A stretch of DNA of 64,000 bases, from contig CAVVCZ010000004.1 of assembly GCA_963746845.1 (NCBI GenBank), positions 608,001-672,000 on the forward strand, written 5' to 3'. The stretch comes from an uncultured Chloroflexia bacterium (GTDB lineage: Bacteria > Chloroflexota > Limnocylindria > Limnocylindrales > CSP1-4). The translations under genes were made by a program, and so were the position numbers. The notes below the pieces were generated by a model. That model searched no databases and had not been told where the DNA came from. It worked only from the letters and a program-made list of their open reading frames with translations. Below are positions 48,364 through 59,066 of this stretch, piece after piece. Position 1 is the first letter of the stretch; each line of letters begins with the position of its first letter.

Positions 48364-49958
48364 TGCCGCGCCCGGTCATCGTGCGTCGGGTCCGGGCGGT
48401 CGCCGACGTGGTGCTCGGGCTCGTCGGGGTCGTCGCGCTCGCGGGGCCGGTCGTCGCCGCCGATCCCGTCACCTTCGGCACGCCGACGGCGACCTCGAAG
48501 TTCGGCAGCGGGGTCGACTTCAACCAGCCCGCGACCCTGCCCGGGGACGTCGAGCGGGTCGAGATCCTCATCTCGGCGCCGGGCAACGTCGGTCCCGAGG
48601 TCGCTCCGGTCGAGACGCCGCCGGCCGGCGCGACGACCCTCCATCACCACCTCGACGCGTCCGCCGGGCAGTTCGTGCCGAACACGACGTTCACGGCGCA
48701 ATGGCGGGTCGTGCTCCACGATGGCACGCCGGTCCTCGGACCGGTCATCCGCCGGACGTACGCCGACGATCGGTTCGACTGGAAGACGCTCGAGGGCGAC
48801 GTCGTCCGGGTCCACTGGTCGCAGGGCGGCCAGGACTTCGGCCAGCGGGCCCTGAAGATCGGCGACGACGCGGTGAAGAAGACCGCGGCGCTGCTCGGCG
48901 TGACCGAGACGGAGCCGATCGACTTCTTCATCTACGCCGACCAGGCGTCGTTCTACGATGCGCTCGGGCCGTCGACGCGCGAGAACGTGGGCGGGCAGGC
49001 GCATCCCGACATCCGGACGCTGTTCGCGCTGATCACGCCGGCCGACATCGACGCGGCGTGGGTCGAGAGCGTCGTCCCGCACGAGCTGACCCACGTCGTG
49101 TTCCAGACGGCCGTCGACAACCCGTACCACGACCCGCCGCACTGGCTGAACGAGGGGCTTGCCGTCTACGAATCGGACGGCTACCAGGACTCGGACCGGC
49201 AGCAGATCCAGGCGGCCGCGAAGGACGGCTCGCTCATCCCGCTCGACGGCCTGTCCGGCGCCTTCCCGACGAGTCGTGACCGGTTCTTCCTCGCCTACGC
49301 GGAGAGCGTCTCGGCGGTGGACCGGATCGTCCGGGCGAACGGGCGGGCCGCGCTCGTCGCCCTGATCCGCTCGTACCATGACGGCGTTTCCGACGATGAG
49401 GCGTTCCAGAGCGCCCTCGGGGAGGACGTGGCGACGTTCGAACGGGACTGGCTGGCGGAGCTCCACGCGACGGCGCCGGCGCGGCTCGGGCCGCGTGCGG
49501 CACCCGCCGGTCCGCTGCCCGAGGGGTGGACCGGTCCGCAGCCGAACCCCTCGTTCGACGTGCTCGGCACGGAGCCACCCCAGCCCCCCGGCGCGCCGCG
49601 GCCGCACGGTCTCTCCGACGACCCGGCCGCCGGCTGGCTTGCCGCGTCGGCGAGCGTCCTCGGGGTCGTCCTGGTCGGCGTGCTGGCGATCCTCGCGACG
49701 ATGCGGTTCCGGCGCCGCGGCGAGACCAGCCCCGAGGCGGGCTGGAACCGGGTGTGGGGCCGGCCGGTGATCACCGATGAGCCGCTCGGGACGGAGCCGG
49801 CCGGGGCGGCGCCCGAAGCCGGCATTCCGACCGAGCTCGCGCCGGACACGGACCAGGACCCGATGCAGGGCATCCACTTCGGGCCCGGCCGGACGGACGA
49901 GGACGACGCCGGCGCGGACCTCCCGGACCGCGCGCCGCCGGAGGCCGGGCCGCGATGA
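48363..49958 (+). CDS. Peptidase MA family metallohydrolase, secreted and membrane-anchored
   Basis: HELTH...WLNEGLA gluzincin motif; C-terminal TM. Confidence 0.85.
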   Translation: MPRPVIVRRVRAVADVVLGLVGVVALAGPVVAADPVTFGTPTATSKFGSGVDFNQPATLPGDVERVEILISAPGNVGPEVAPVETPPAGATTLHHHLDASAGQFVPNTTFTAQWRVVLHDGTPVLGPVIRRTYADDRFDWKTLEGDVVRVHWSQGGQDFGQRALKIGDDAVKKTAALLGVTETEPIDFFIYADQASFYDALGPSTRENVGGQAHPDIRTLFALITPADIDAAWVESVVPHELTHVVFQTAVDNPYHDPPHWLNEGLAVYESDGYQDSDRQQIQAAAKDGSLIPLDGLSGAFPTSRDRFFLAYAESVSAVDRIVRANGRAALVALIRSYHDGVSDDEAFQSALGEDVATFERDWLAELHATAPARLGPRAAPAGPLPEGWTGPQPNPSFDVLGTEPPQPPGAPRPHGLSDDPAAGWLAASASVLGVVLVGVLAILATMRFRRRGETSPEAGWNRVWGRPVITDEPLGTEPAGAAPEAGIPTELAPDTDQDPMQGIHFGPGRTDEDDAGADLPDRAPPEAGPR

Positions 49959-50755
49959 CGGCGCTCGGTCGTCGCCTGCGGACGATCCCCACCTGGCAGG
50001 TCACGCTCGGCGGGGCGCTGCTCGTGCTCGGCTTCCTGATCGCGGCCCAGCTCGCAGCCGAGGGCCCGCGGATCCGGTACACGAGCCAGGAGCGCACGCC
50101 GCTCGTCGAGGCCGCCCTGTCCCTCCAGGCGCAGCAGGACGAGCTCAAGGACCAGATCGTGGCGCTGCGGACGTCGATCCAGGCGATCGAGCAGGACAGC
50201 GCCGGGTCGCAGGCCGCGCTCCGGACGCTGAACGACCAGCTCGAGCAGGCCCGGATCGCGGCCGGGCTGATCCCGATGACCGGCAGCGGGATCGTCCTCA
50301 AGCTCGAGGATTCCAACGAGCCGGTCCCGCCGGACGGGAACGCCGCCGACTATCTCGTGGGCGCCGCCGATCTTCGGGCGGTGGTCGACGACCTGTGGCT
50401 CTCGGGCGCCGAGGCGATCGCGATCAATGACGAGCGGCTCACGACCTCGACCGCGATCATCGACATCGGCGGCTCCGTGCTCGTGAACGCGGCCTATCTG
50501 GCGGGTCCGTATCAGATCAGCGCGATCGGCCCGACGGACCTCTTCGCCAAGCTGTCCGCGTCACGCGGGTTCGAGGAGCTCGTTCGCACGCGCCGCGGCT
50601 CGTTCGGGATCGGGATCTCGTGGGCCGAGCCGGCGAGCGTGGACATCCCCGCCTTCGCCGGATCGGTGACGCTCCGCGAGTCGCGCGCCGTCGCGTCGCG
50701 ATCGGCGCCGCCGGCGCCGTCGCCGAGCACCTCCCCGTCGGCGACGAAGCCATGA
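49955..50755 (+). CDS. DUF881 domain protein
   Basis: AGLIPMTGSG, LWLSGAEAIAINDER, PYQISAIG. Confidence 0.9.
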   Translation: MTALGRRLRTIPTWQVTLGGALLVLGFLIAAQLAAEGPRIRYTSQERTPLVEAALSLQAQQDELKDQIVALRTSIQAIEQDSAGSQAALRTLNDQLEQARIAAGLIPMTGSGIVLKLEDSNEPVPPDGNAADYLVGAADLRAVVDDLWLSGAEAIAINDERLTTSTAIIDIGGSVLVNAAYLAGPYQISAIGPTDLFAKLSASRGFEELVRTRRGSFGIGISWAEPASVDIPAFAGSVTLRESRAVASRSAPPAPSPSTSPSATKP

Positions 50756-51453
50756 GCCGCTCGGTGGGGCCGGCGATGCGCGACCGGAGGAGCCAGCTGA
50801 CGATCGCCGCCGTGGCGTTCCTGCTCGGGTTGCTCGTCGTCGTGCAGCTCCGGACCCAGACCGGCGGATCGGCGCTCCAGAATCAGTCCGCCCAGGACCT
50901 GACGACGCTCGTCGGCAGCCTCAACACCCGCAACGACCAGCTGCGGTCGGAGGTTGGCAACCTCACGAACCAGCTCGACGAGCTGCGCGCGGACCGCGCC
51001 AATGGTGCGACGTCCGTCGAGCAGATCGAGTCCGAGCTCGCCCGGATCCGCGCCTGGGCCGGCGTGGACCCCGTGTCCGGTCGGGGCGTCACGATCGTCG
51101 TCATGGGCGCGATCGACGCGCCGGCCGTTGATGGGCTCCTCAACGAGCTGCGGAACGCGGGCGCCGAGGCCATCGCGATCGAGAACACCCGCGTCGTGCC
51201 CGGGACGACGGTGGGCGGCGTGCCCGGCTCGCTCGACATCGACGGGCTGCTCCTGCGCGACCCGTTCACGATCCGCGCCATCGGTCGGCCGGAGACACTC
51301 GTGGGGTCCCTGACCCGGCCGGGCGGGATCATCGCCCAGCTCGCTGCGACCAGTCCCACGGCCACGATCGACCTGCAGCCGACTGACGATCCGATGACGC
51401 TGCCGGCCACGACCCGGAACCTCGTCCCGGATCATGGGCATCCGCGTCTTTGA
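50752..51453 (+). CDS. DUF881 domain protein
   Basis: VSGRGV, NELRNAGAEAI, PFTIRAIG. Confidence 0.9.
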   Translation: MSRSVGPAMRDRRSQLTIAAVAFLLGLLVVVQLRTQTGGSALQNQSAQDLTTLVGSLNTRNDQLRSEVGNLTNQLDELRADRANGATSVEQIESELARIRAWAGVDPVSGRGVTIVVMGAIDAPAVDGLLNELRNAGAEAIAIENTRVVPGTTVGGVPGSLDIDGLLLRDPFTIRAIGRPETLVGSLTRPGGIIAQLAATSPTATIDLQPTDDPMTLPATTRNLVPDHGHPRL

Positions 51454-51466
51454 TACCCTCGGCCGG

Positions 51467-51712
51467 ATGACCGACCGCCCCGCCATCGTGTTGTACCTGG
51501 GGGACGTCGTCCGTCTCCAGCGCGCCCACCCGTGCGGGGGTGACACCTGGCTGATCGATCGGCTGGGCGCCGACATCGGCCTCCGCTGCCGCACGTGCGG
51601 CCGGCATGTGCTCGTGGAGCGGCGAACCGTCGAGCGTCGGCTGGCGGCGTTCGTCGAGCGCGGTGACCCCGTCCTGAGCGCCGCAGCGGCTCCGCGGCCC
51701 AGCGCCCCGTGA
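51467..51712 (+). CDS. DUF951 domain protein
   Basis: GDVVRL...HPCGGDTW...RLGADIGLRCRTCGR. Confidence 0.9.
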   Translation: MTDRPAIVLYLGDVVRLQRAHPCGGDTWLIDRLGADIGLRCRTCGRHVLVERRTVERRLAAFVERGDPVLSAAAAPRPSAP

Positions 51713-53286
51713 CGTCGGGCGGGGGCGCGCCCGCGACCGTCGCCCCGCCCGAAGGGGCGCTTGCGGTCTTCCGGAACCGGCCGTTCCTCCTGCTCTGGCT
51801 CGCCCAGGCGGCGACCCAGATCGGCGGGAACATGGTCATCTTCGGCCTGACCGTCATCATCTCGAAGTCGACCGGCTCGGTGACGGCCGTGAGCGCCCTG
51901 ATCCTCACGTTCCTCCTGCCGGCCGTCCTGTTCTCGGCCCTCGCCGGGGTGTTCGTCGATCGCCTCGATCGTCGGTTGGTCCTGGTCTTCACGAACATCC
52001 TCCGCGGGCTTGCGTTCGTGGCGATGTACTTCGTCGGCGACCACCTCGGGTTGATCTACCTGCTGAACATCACGGTCTCGACGATCACGGTGTTCTTCGC
52101 CCCGGCCGAGGCGGCGATGATCCCGATGGTCGTCCCGAAGCGGCAGCTGATGTCGGCGAACGGGATCTTCACGCTCACCCTGAATGCGGCGTTCGCCCTC
52201 GGGTTCACACTGCTCGGCCCGCTGATCGTGAAGATCGCGGGCGCCCCGGCCTTGATCGCGGTCGTCGCCGTCCTGTACTTCATCGCCGCGGTCTTCTGCT
52301 GGACGCTGCCGCCGGCCCCGCCGGCTGTCCGGGACACGGGGCCGCACGGCGCGCGGGGGCGGGTCCGCGAGGCCGAGGACGCGATGGGCTCGGTCCTCGT
52401 CCAGCTCCGCGAGGGCCTCGCCTTCATCCGGGACCACCGCCGGGTCCGCTGGTCCCTCGGGTACCTGGCGATCGCGGCGTCGCTCGTCGGCGTCCTGGGC
52501 GTCCTCGGCCCGTCGTTCGCCAAGAAGACGCTCGGGCTGAGCCCGGAGGACTTCGTCGTCGTCGTCCTACCGCTCGGTGTCGGGATCGTGATGGGGATCC
52601 TGCTGCTCAACGCCTATGGCCGCCTGCTTCCGCGCCGGCGGGTGATCGAGGGCGGCCTCATCGCCCTCGGGATCCTGCTCGGGGCGATGGCCCTGTCCGG
52701 CTCCATCAGCGCCTTCCTCGACACGTCGGTCTCGAACACCAATCTGCCGGACCTGTCGCTTCTGACGTCGCTCCTGTCGATCGTCGTCGGGGTCGCGTTC
52801 TTCGCCGGGATCGCGTACGCCTGCGTCGCCATCCCCTCGCAGACGCAGCTCCAGGAAGACCTGCCGGACGACGTCCGCGGCCGGGTCTTCGGCATCCTGA
52901 ACATGCTCGTCTCCGTGGCGAGCTTCCTGCCGATCCTCATCGTCGGGCCGATCGCCGACTGGATCGGGACGACGGCGGTCCTCGTGACCGTGGCCGCGCT
53001 GATCGGCGTCTCGGGGATCGCCTCGATCTACCTCCGCGGCCCGCTCCAGCCGGTGGAGCGTGTCTCGCGGGCGAGCGTCGGCAGCCACGGCGACCCGTTC
53101 GTTGCGGCGCTCGGCGCGGAGATCGCCGGGCCGGAGGACTTCCTCGACGAGAACGGCGACGGGATCCCGGATGCGGCGGTCCCCGCCGGGACGACGGGTG
53201 CGTCGCTCGGTCTGGGCGATCCGTCCCGCGAGCAGGACCCCGACCTCGATCCCGAGCACGCGCGCAACGCGCGACCGACGGTCTGA
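51709..53286 (+). CDS. MFS transporter (DHA3-like)
   Basis: AGVFVDRLDRR, FFAPAEAAMIP, RGRVFG; about 12 TMs. Confidence 0.92.
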   Translation: MTSGGGAPATVAPPEGALAVFRNRPFLLLWLAQAATQIGGNMVIFGLTVIISKSTGSVTAVSALILTFLLPAVLFSALAGVFVDRLDRRLVLVFTNILRGLAFVAMYFVGDHLGLIYLLNITVSTITVFFAPAEAAMIPMVVPKRQLMSANGIFTLTLNAAFALGFTLLGPLIVKIAGAPALIAVVAVLYFIAAVFCWTLPPAPPAVRDTGPHGARGRVREAEDAMGSVLVQLREGLAFIRDHRRVRWSLGYLAIAASLVGVLGVLGPSFAKKTLGLSPEDFVVVVLPLGVGIVMGILLLNAYGRLLPRRRVIEGGLIALGILLGAMALSGSISAFLDTSVSNTNLPDLSLLTSLLSIVVGVAFFAGIAYACVAIPSQTQLQEDLPDDVRGRVFGILNMLVSVASFLPILIVGPIADWIGTTAVLVTVAALIGVSGIASIYLRGPLQPVERVSRASVGSHGDPFVAALGAEIAGPEDFLDENGDGIPDAAVPAGTTGASLGLGDPSREQDPDLDPEHARNARPTV

Positions 53287-53294
53287 GCCCCGCC

Positions 53295-54329
53295 GTGCCG
53301 CGGGTCGCCGTCGTCTTCACCGGGGGGACGATCAGCATGCGCCACGACCCCGTCGCCGGCGGCAACGTGCCGGTCCTCGGCGCCGAGGACCTGCTCGCGA
53401 CCGTCCCGGGCCTGGCGGGGATCGCCGACCTCGTCCCGATCGACCTCGCCCTGACGCCGGCGAGCCACTTCCAGCTCGACGGCCTGTTCGCCGTCCGGAA
53501 CGTCATCGAGGACGCCCTCGCCCGCGACGACATCGACGGAGCGGTGGTCGTCCAGGGAACGGACGCGATCGAGGAGACGGCGTTCTTCCACGACCTGCTC
53601 CACCCGGGCGCGAAGCCGATCGTCGTGACCGGCGCGATGCGGTCCGCGAGCCAGCCCGGCTACGAGGGCCCGACGAACCTCACCGATGCCGTGACCGTCG
53701 CGGCATCGCCGGAGGTCGGGGCGGCCGACATCGGGGCGGTCGTCGTGCTGGACGGGTCGATCGAGGCGGCCGACGACGTCACGAAGACCCACGCCTCGTC
53801 GTTCGACACGTTCCGAAGCCTCAATCGGGGATCTCTCGGGCAGGTCCGCGGGGGCGAGATCGTGCTCCGGGCCGCGCGGGGGCCGCGTCGCCACGTCGCC
53901 GCGACCCGGGCGGCGACCCGCGTCTTCCTCGTCACGGCGACGGTCGCCACGGACGGGACGCCGATCGCCGCGTTGCACGCCGCGGGTGCCGATGGCTTCG
54001 TCGTCGCCGCGACCGGGGCGGGGAACACCGATCCGTCGCTCCTCGCGGCGGCGGAGGCGGCGATGGCCGACGGGCTGCCGGTTGCGCTGGCGACGCGCTG
54101 CCCGGCGGGCGCCGCGGGCACGGGCTACGCGTTTCCGGGCGGCGGAGCCACCTGGGAGCGAGCCGGCGCGATCCTCGCCGGTCACCTGAGCGGCCCGAAG
54201 GCCCGGATCGCCCTCGCGCTCGGGCTGGGCGCCGGGCTGGACCGGGACGGTCTCGCCGCCCTGCTGGCCGACCCCGTCCCGATCCGCGAGCCGGACCGGT
54301 TCTGGGACCGGGCCGTGGACCGGGCCTGA
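53295..54329 (+). CDS. Asparaginase
   Basis: TGGTI, QGTDAIEETA, VVTGAMR, KTHASSFDTFRS. Confidence 0.9.
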   Translation: MPRVAVVFTGGTISMRHDPVAGGNVPVLGAEDLLATVPGLAGIADLVPIDLALTPASHFQLDGLFAVRNVIEDALARDDIDGAVVVQGTDAIEETAFFHDLLHPGAKPIVVTGAMRSASQPGYEGPTNLTDAVTVAASPEVGAADIGAVVVLDGSIEAADDVTKTHASSFDTFRSLNRGSLGQVRGGEIVLRAARGPRRHVAATRAATRVFLVTATVATDGTPIAALHAAGADGFVVAATGAGNTDPSLLAAAEAAMADGLPVALATRCPAGAAGTGYAFPGGGATWERAGAILAGHLSGPKARIALALGLGAGLDRDGLAALLADPVPIREPDRFWDRAVDRA

Positions 54330-55978
54330 TGCCGCTCGACCTCCTCGTCAGCGGCGGGCGGATCGCGACCCTCGCCGGCGATCGCGGATTCGGCTGGGTC
54401 GACGCCGTCGGGATCACCGACGGGCGGATCGCGTTCGCCGGGTCCGCGATCGATCTGGAGACGCGGGCGGACCCCCACACCCGGCGGATCGAGCTGGACC
54501 CGGACGAGGTCGCGATCCCCGGGCTGACCGACGCCCATCTCCACCTCGCGGAGGGCGGGCTGTCGCTCGACCGGGTCGATCTCACGACGACGGCCACGCT
54601 GGAGGAGGGCCTCGCCGCGATCGCCGCTGCCCACGGCGCGTCCCGGGACCGTGATGCCTGGCTGCAGGGCCACGGCTGGCACAACGACCGGTGGGGCGTC
54701 TGGCCGACGGCGGCCGACCTGGACGGCGTCGCACCGGGGCGCGCCGTCGCGCTGTGGGCCCACGACCACCACGCGCTCTGGGCGAGCCCGCGTGCCCTCG
54801 CCCTCGCCGGGATCGACGAGCGAACGGCCGACCCGCCGGGCGGCCTCCTCCGTCGCGATGCCGCCGGACACCCGACGGGCGTGCTGCACGAGTCCGCGGC
54901 CCGGCTCGTGGTCGATCTCGTGCCGCCCGCTTCGACGGCCGAAGCCGAGGCCGCGATCGCGCGTCTTGCCCGCGACCTGGTCCGTCTGGGGATCGTGGCC
55001 GTGCACGATCCGGGCGCCCTGTCGCTCCAGGACGGCCTCGGGCTCGGGATCGCGGCCTATCGCTCGCTCGACGAGCGCGACGACCTCCCGATCCGGGTTC
55101 ACGCCGCGATCCGGTCCGAGGGGCTCGCCGCCGCGGAGGAGGCCGGGCTGCGGAGCGGAGACCCGCTCGGTCCGATCGGTGGTCGTGCGCGGTTCGGCTG
55201 GCTGAAGCTGTTCGCGGACGGGACGCTGGCGTCGCGGACCGCCGCCCTGCTGGATCCCATCGAGCCGGAGGACGACCGGCCGCTGCCGCCGGGCACGGAT
55301 CGCGGGATCTGGCTCACGCCGCCCGACGAGGTGGCGCGGCTGGCCCTGCGCGCCGCAGATGCCGGGATCGCCACGGCCGTCCACTCGATCGGCGACCGGG
55401 CCTGCCGGGCGACGCTCGATGCCCTCGAGGCCGTGGCGGGCCGGACGGCCCTCATGGCGCGGCTCGAGCACGTCCAGCTCCTGCACCCCGACGACCGCGA
55501 CCGGTTCGGCCGGGCGGGCATCGCGGCCTCGATCCAGCCGATCCATGTCCGCGCCGACGCCTCGATCGCCCGGCGGCTGTGGGGGCGTCGGGCGGAGAGC
55601 CACGGGTATCCGATGCGGTCGCTCCTCGACGCCGGTGCCGTCGTCGCGTTCGGCACGGATGCCCCGGTGGAGCCGATCGACCCGTGGCCCGGCCTGTCGA
55701 TGGCCGTGACGCGAGTGGACGGCACGTGGCCGGCCGACAGCCCGCCGTTCGGCGCGGACGAGCGGATCACGCTCGAGCAGGCGATCCGGGCCGCGTGCGT
55801 GACGCCGGCCATCGTCGCCGGCGAGACGGACCGCGGGCGGCTGACCCCCGGTCAGCGAGCGGACCTCGTCGTCCTGTCGGCGACCGCCCTGAGCCACCCG
55901 ATCGAACCCGGCGGGGCGCTGGCGACGGCCCGGCCGCGGCTCGTGATGATCGACGGCGAGGTGGCCTTCGAGAGCTAG
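54329..55978 (+). CDS. Amidohydrolase 3 (YtcJ-like)
   Basis: PGLTDAHLH, KLFADGTL, HSIGDRA, RLEHVQ, FGTDAPV. Confidence 0.92.
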   Translation: MPLDLLVSGGRIATLAGDRGFGWVDAVGITDGRIAFAGSAIDLETRADPHTRRIELDPDEVAIPGLTDAHLHLAEGGLSLDRVDLTTTATLEEGLAAIAAAHGASRDRDAWLQGHGWHNDRWGVWPTAADLDGVAPGRAVALWAHDHHALWASPRALALAGIDERTADPPGGLLRRDAAGHPTGVLHESAARLVVDLVPPASTAEAEAAIARLARDLVRLGIVAVHDPGALSLQDGLGLGIAAYRSLDERDDLPIRVHAAIRSEGLAAAEEAGLRSGDPLGPIGGRARFGWLKLFADGTLASRTAALLDPIEPEDDRPLPPGTDRGIWLTPPDEVARLALRAADAGIATAVHSIGDRACRATLDALEAVAGRTALMARLEHVQLLHPDDRDRFGRAGIAASIQPIHVRADASIARRLWGRRAESHGYPMRSLLDAGAVVAFGTDAPVEPIDPWPGLSMAVTRVDGTWPADSPPFGADERITLEQAIRAACVTPAIVAGETDRGRLTPGQRADLVVLSATALSHPIEPGGALATARPRLVMIDGEVAFES

Positions 55979-57349
55979 GGGCCCGCGAGGTCCCGGACGG
56001 CCTCGGCGAAGAGCCCGTTGAGGATCCGCGACGTCGACGGGAAGGCGTGGATGGTGTCGGCCAGGACCTCGACGGGGACGCGGGCGCGGATCGCCAGGAC
56101 GCACTCGTGGATCGCCGCCGACGCGTCCGGGCAGGCCATCGCCGCCCCGACGAGCTGCCGCGTCGCGCGGTCGAACGTCAGCGTCACATGGCCGATCGTC
56201 TCCTCGAGCGCGAAGCCGCGCGACGAGGTCCCGAACGGGGCGACGTACTCGACCGCGTCGATCCCTTCGGCCTTCGCCTGGTCCAGGGTCAACCCGACCG
56301 ACGCCGCCTCGGGGTCCGTGTAGGTGGCCCGCGGCAGCGCCCGGTAGTCGGGGTGGACGTCGAGGCCCATGGCCATCCGGATGGCCAGCTCGCCCTGGTA
56401 GTGCGCCTGGTGGGTATGGAGCTCGGGGCCGGCCGGGTCGCCGATCACCCACAGCCCATCGGCGACGCGGAGCCGGCCGTCACGCGGGAACGCGAGCCGG
56501 CCGCTCGTGTCGAGCCCGTAGTGCTCGAGGCCGAGGTCGTCGAGCGGGAACGACCGCCCGACGGCGAGCAGGATCGCGTGCCCCTCCACGCTCGTGCCGT
56601 CGTCCAGGTCGATCAGGTCAGCACCGTCCGTGCCGGCGCCGGCACGCGCCGCGGTCGCCCGAACGCCGAGCCGGAGCTCGACGCCGTCCCGCCGAAGGAG
56701 CTGGGCGACGGACTCCGCGTTCCGGGGATGCTCCGTCGGCATCAACCGGTCGCCCGACTGGACGATCGTGACCGGGACCCCGAACCGCACGTAGACCTGG
56801 GACAGCTCGCAGCCCGTCGGGCCGCCGCCGAGGACGACGAGGCTCCGCGGGAGCGTCCGGGCGAGCGTCGCCTCGCGGTTCGTCCAGATCCGGACGCGCG
56901 TCGAGGCCGGGCAGCGGCGGGACCCGGGACTGCGAGCCGATCGCGATCAGGACGTTCGGCGAATGGATCTCGTGCGTCACCCCGTCGTGCTCGATCTCGA
57001 CCCGTCCGCGGCCGACGATCCGGCCGGATCCGCGATAGCAGACGGCCCCGGCCTCCTCGAGGCGGTGGACGTGGGACGTGTCGTCCGGCTCCTCCGCGCC
57101 CGCAGGCCGGTTGACCATGAAGTCGCGGGCGGTCGACGCACGCTCCCACGAGTAGCGGTCCGGGTTCGCGGCGTGCTCGGCGGCCCCGTGGAGGAGCGAC
57201 TTCGACGGCAGGCAGCCGATGTGCGGGCAGCTGCCGCCGAACCAGCGCCGGTCGATGACCGCGACGGTCGCGCCGCGGGCACGGGCCTCGAACGCGGCGG
57301 CCTCCCCGGCCGGTCCGGCACCGATGACGACGAAGTCGAAGGGCTCCAT
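55975..57349 (-). pseudogene. Dihydrolipoyl dehydrogenase-family disulfide oxidoreductase with a frameshift near 56895
   Basis: GAGPAG and GGSCPHIGCLPSK in one frame; WTNREAT..GGGPTGCE..HAFPS in the next. Confidence 0.85.
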
Positions 57350-57353
57350 GCCG

Positions 57354-58172
57354 TCAGTTTCGCCGGTCGGAGCCCGGGCGACGTTGCCGGACCGCCTCGT
57401 AGAGCATCACCGCCGCGGCAATCGAGACGTTCAGGCTGTCCGCGATCCCCGCCATCGGGATCGAGACCGACCCGACGCGCTCGTCCCGCCAGGGATCCGT
57501 GAGACCCGCCGCCTCGCTGCCGAGGACGATCGCCACCGGGCCGGTCAGATCCGCGTCCGTGTACGTGGTGGCGGCCCCGACGACCGCGGCGACCGGCCGG
57601 ATCCCGCGATCCACGAGCCACGTCAGGGTCTCGCCGGACGAAGCCGACACGACCGGCACGGCGAAGATCGTGCCGAGCGACGCCCGGATCGCGTTCGGAT
57701 TGAACGGATCCGTCAGGGGATCGGCCGCGATGACGGCATGGGCGCCGGCCCCGTCCGCCGACCGCAGCACGGCGCCCAGGTTGCCCGGCTTCTCGACGCC
57801 CTCGACGACGACGACCAGCGCATCGGCGGGGAGGACGAGGTCATCGAGGGTGGGGTCCGGCGTCTTGACGATCGCCACGACGCCGTCCGAACGCTCGCCG
57901 AATGCGACCTTGGCGAGGACGGCCGGCGTCGCCTCGAGCGTGCCGGGTCGGTGGCGGAGGCGTTCGGCCGCGGCCATCGCCTCCGGAGACCGGATCAGGT
58001 CGGGCGCGACGAATGCGGTCTCGACGCGCACCCCGGCATCGAGCGCCCGAAGGATCTCCCGGGCGCCGTCGACGATCGTGAGGCCGGTCGTGTCACGTTC
58101 CCGCCGATCCCGGAGGCGCACGGCAGCCTTGACCCGCGGGTTCGTGAGGCTCGTGATCGGAGCGTCGCTCAT
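57354..58172 (-). CDS. TrmH/SpoU family RNA methyltransferase
   Basis: EKPGNLGAVLRSA, GSEAAGL, IPM...DSLNVS. Confidence 0.93.
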   Translation of the reverse strand: MSDAPITSLTNPRVKAAVRLRDRRERDTTGLTIVDGAREILRALDAGVRVETAFVAPDLIRSPEAMAAAERLRHRPGTLEATPAVLAKVAFGERSDGVVAIVKTPDPTLDDLVLPADALVVVVEGVEKPGNLGAVLRSADGAGAHAVIAADPLTDPFNPNAIRASLGTIFAVPVVSASSGETLTWLVDRGIRPVAAVVGAATTYTDADLTGPVAIVLGSEAAGLTDPWRDERVGSVSIPMAGIADSLNVSIAAAVMLYEAVRQRRPGSDRRN

Positions 58173-58993
58173 CCCCGGATCATGCGGGCTGCGGCCCCCA
58201 GCGGCAGGACGGCTCCGCTGGCTGCCGTGATCGCGACCTCCTCGGCCGCGATGCCCACGGCGCGTCCGAACGCGTCGGTCAGCGCATCCTCGAGGTCGGC
58301 CGGCTCGAGGCCCGTCGTGTGGACGGTGAGGAGGACGAACGCGTCATCCGTCGCCACGGCCGCGACCGCCTCGAGCAGGTCGGGCAGGGCGCGTCGGAGC
58401 GCCCATCGTGCTCCGTCCGGGCCACGGCCGTAGCTGGGCGGGTCGAGCACGATCCCGTCGTAGCGACGATCTCGTCGCGCCTCGCGCCGCGTGAACCCGA
58501 GCGCGTCGTCGACGATCCAGCGGATGGGACGGTCGACCAGCCCCGAGAGCCCGGCATTCCGGCGGGCCCAGCCGACCGCGGAGCGCGACCCGTCGACATG
58601 GGTGACCCGCGCCCCCGCCCCGGCCAGGGCGAGGGTCGTCGCGCCGGTCGAGGCGAACAGGTGGAGGACGTTCGGCGTCTCCCGATCGCGGACGGCGTCG
58701 CGGAGCCACGGCCAGAACCGCGCGTGCTCCGGGAAGCAGCCCACCTGCCCGCCGGATGCCGGCCGCAGCTCGAGTGTCACCCCGTCGAGGTCGACCGTCC
58801 AGGGCGAGCGATCGGGGCCGGCCCATCCGCCATTGCGATCGAAGCGGAGATCGGCCGCCGACCAGCTCCCACTCGGCGCGCGGCGCGGCTCGGTCGCCCC
58901 CGGCGCCGGCCGGTCGACAATCCGCGCCCCGAACCGTTCCAGACGGCGGCCATCGCCACCATCGAGCAGCTCGATCGTCGGTCGTCCTCGCAT
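58169..58993 (-). CDS. Class I SAM methyltransferase (RlmI/YwbD-like)
   Basis: LLDGGDGRRLERFG, GQVGCFPE, LHLFASTG, GIVLDPPSYG. Confidence 0.85.
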   Translation of the reverse strand: MRGRPTIELLDGGDGRRLERFGARIVDRPAPGATEPRRAPSGSWSAADLRFDRNGGWAGPDRSPWTVDLDGVTLELRPASGGQVGCFPEHARFWPWLRDAVRDRETPNVLHLFASTGATTLALAGAGARVTHVDGSRSAVGWARRNAGLSGLVDRPIRWIVDDALGFTRREARRDRRYDGIVLDPPSYGRGPDGARWALRRALPDLLEAVAAVATDDAFVLLTVHTTGLEPADLEDALTDAFGRAVGIAAEEVAITAASGAVLPLGAAARMIRG

Positions 58994-59066
58994 CGGCGCA
59001 TGATGGCGGGTGACCGGCCCGCGCGGGTCCAGAACCGAACCTCGCGCCGGAGTCGTACCGAGAGCC

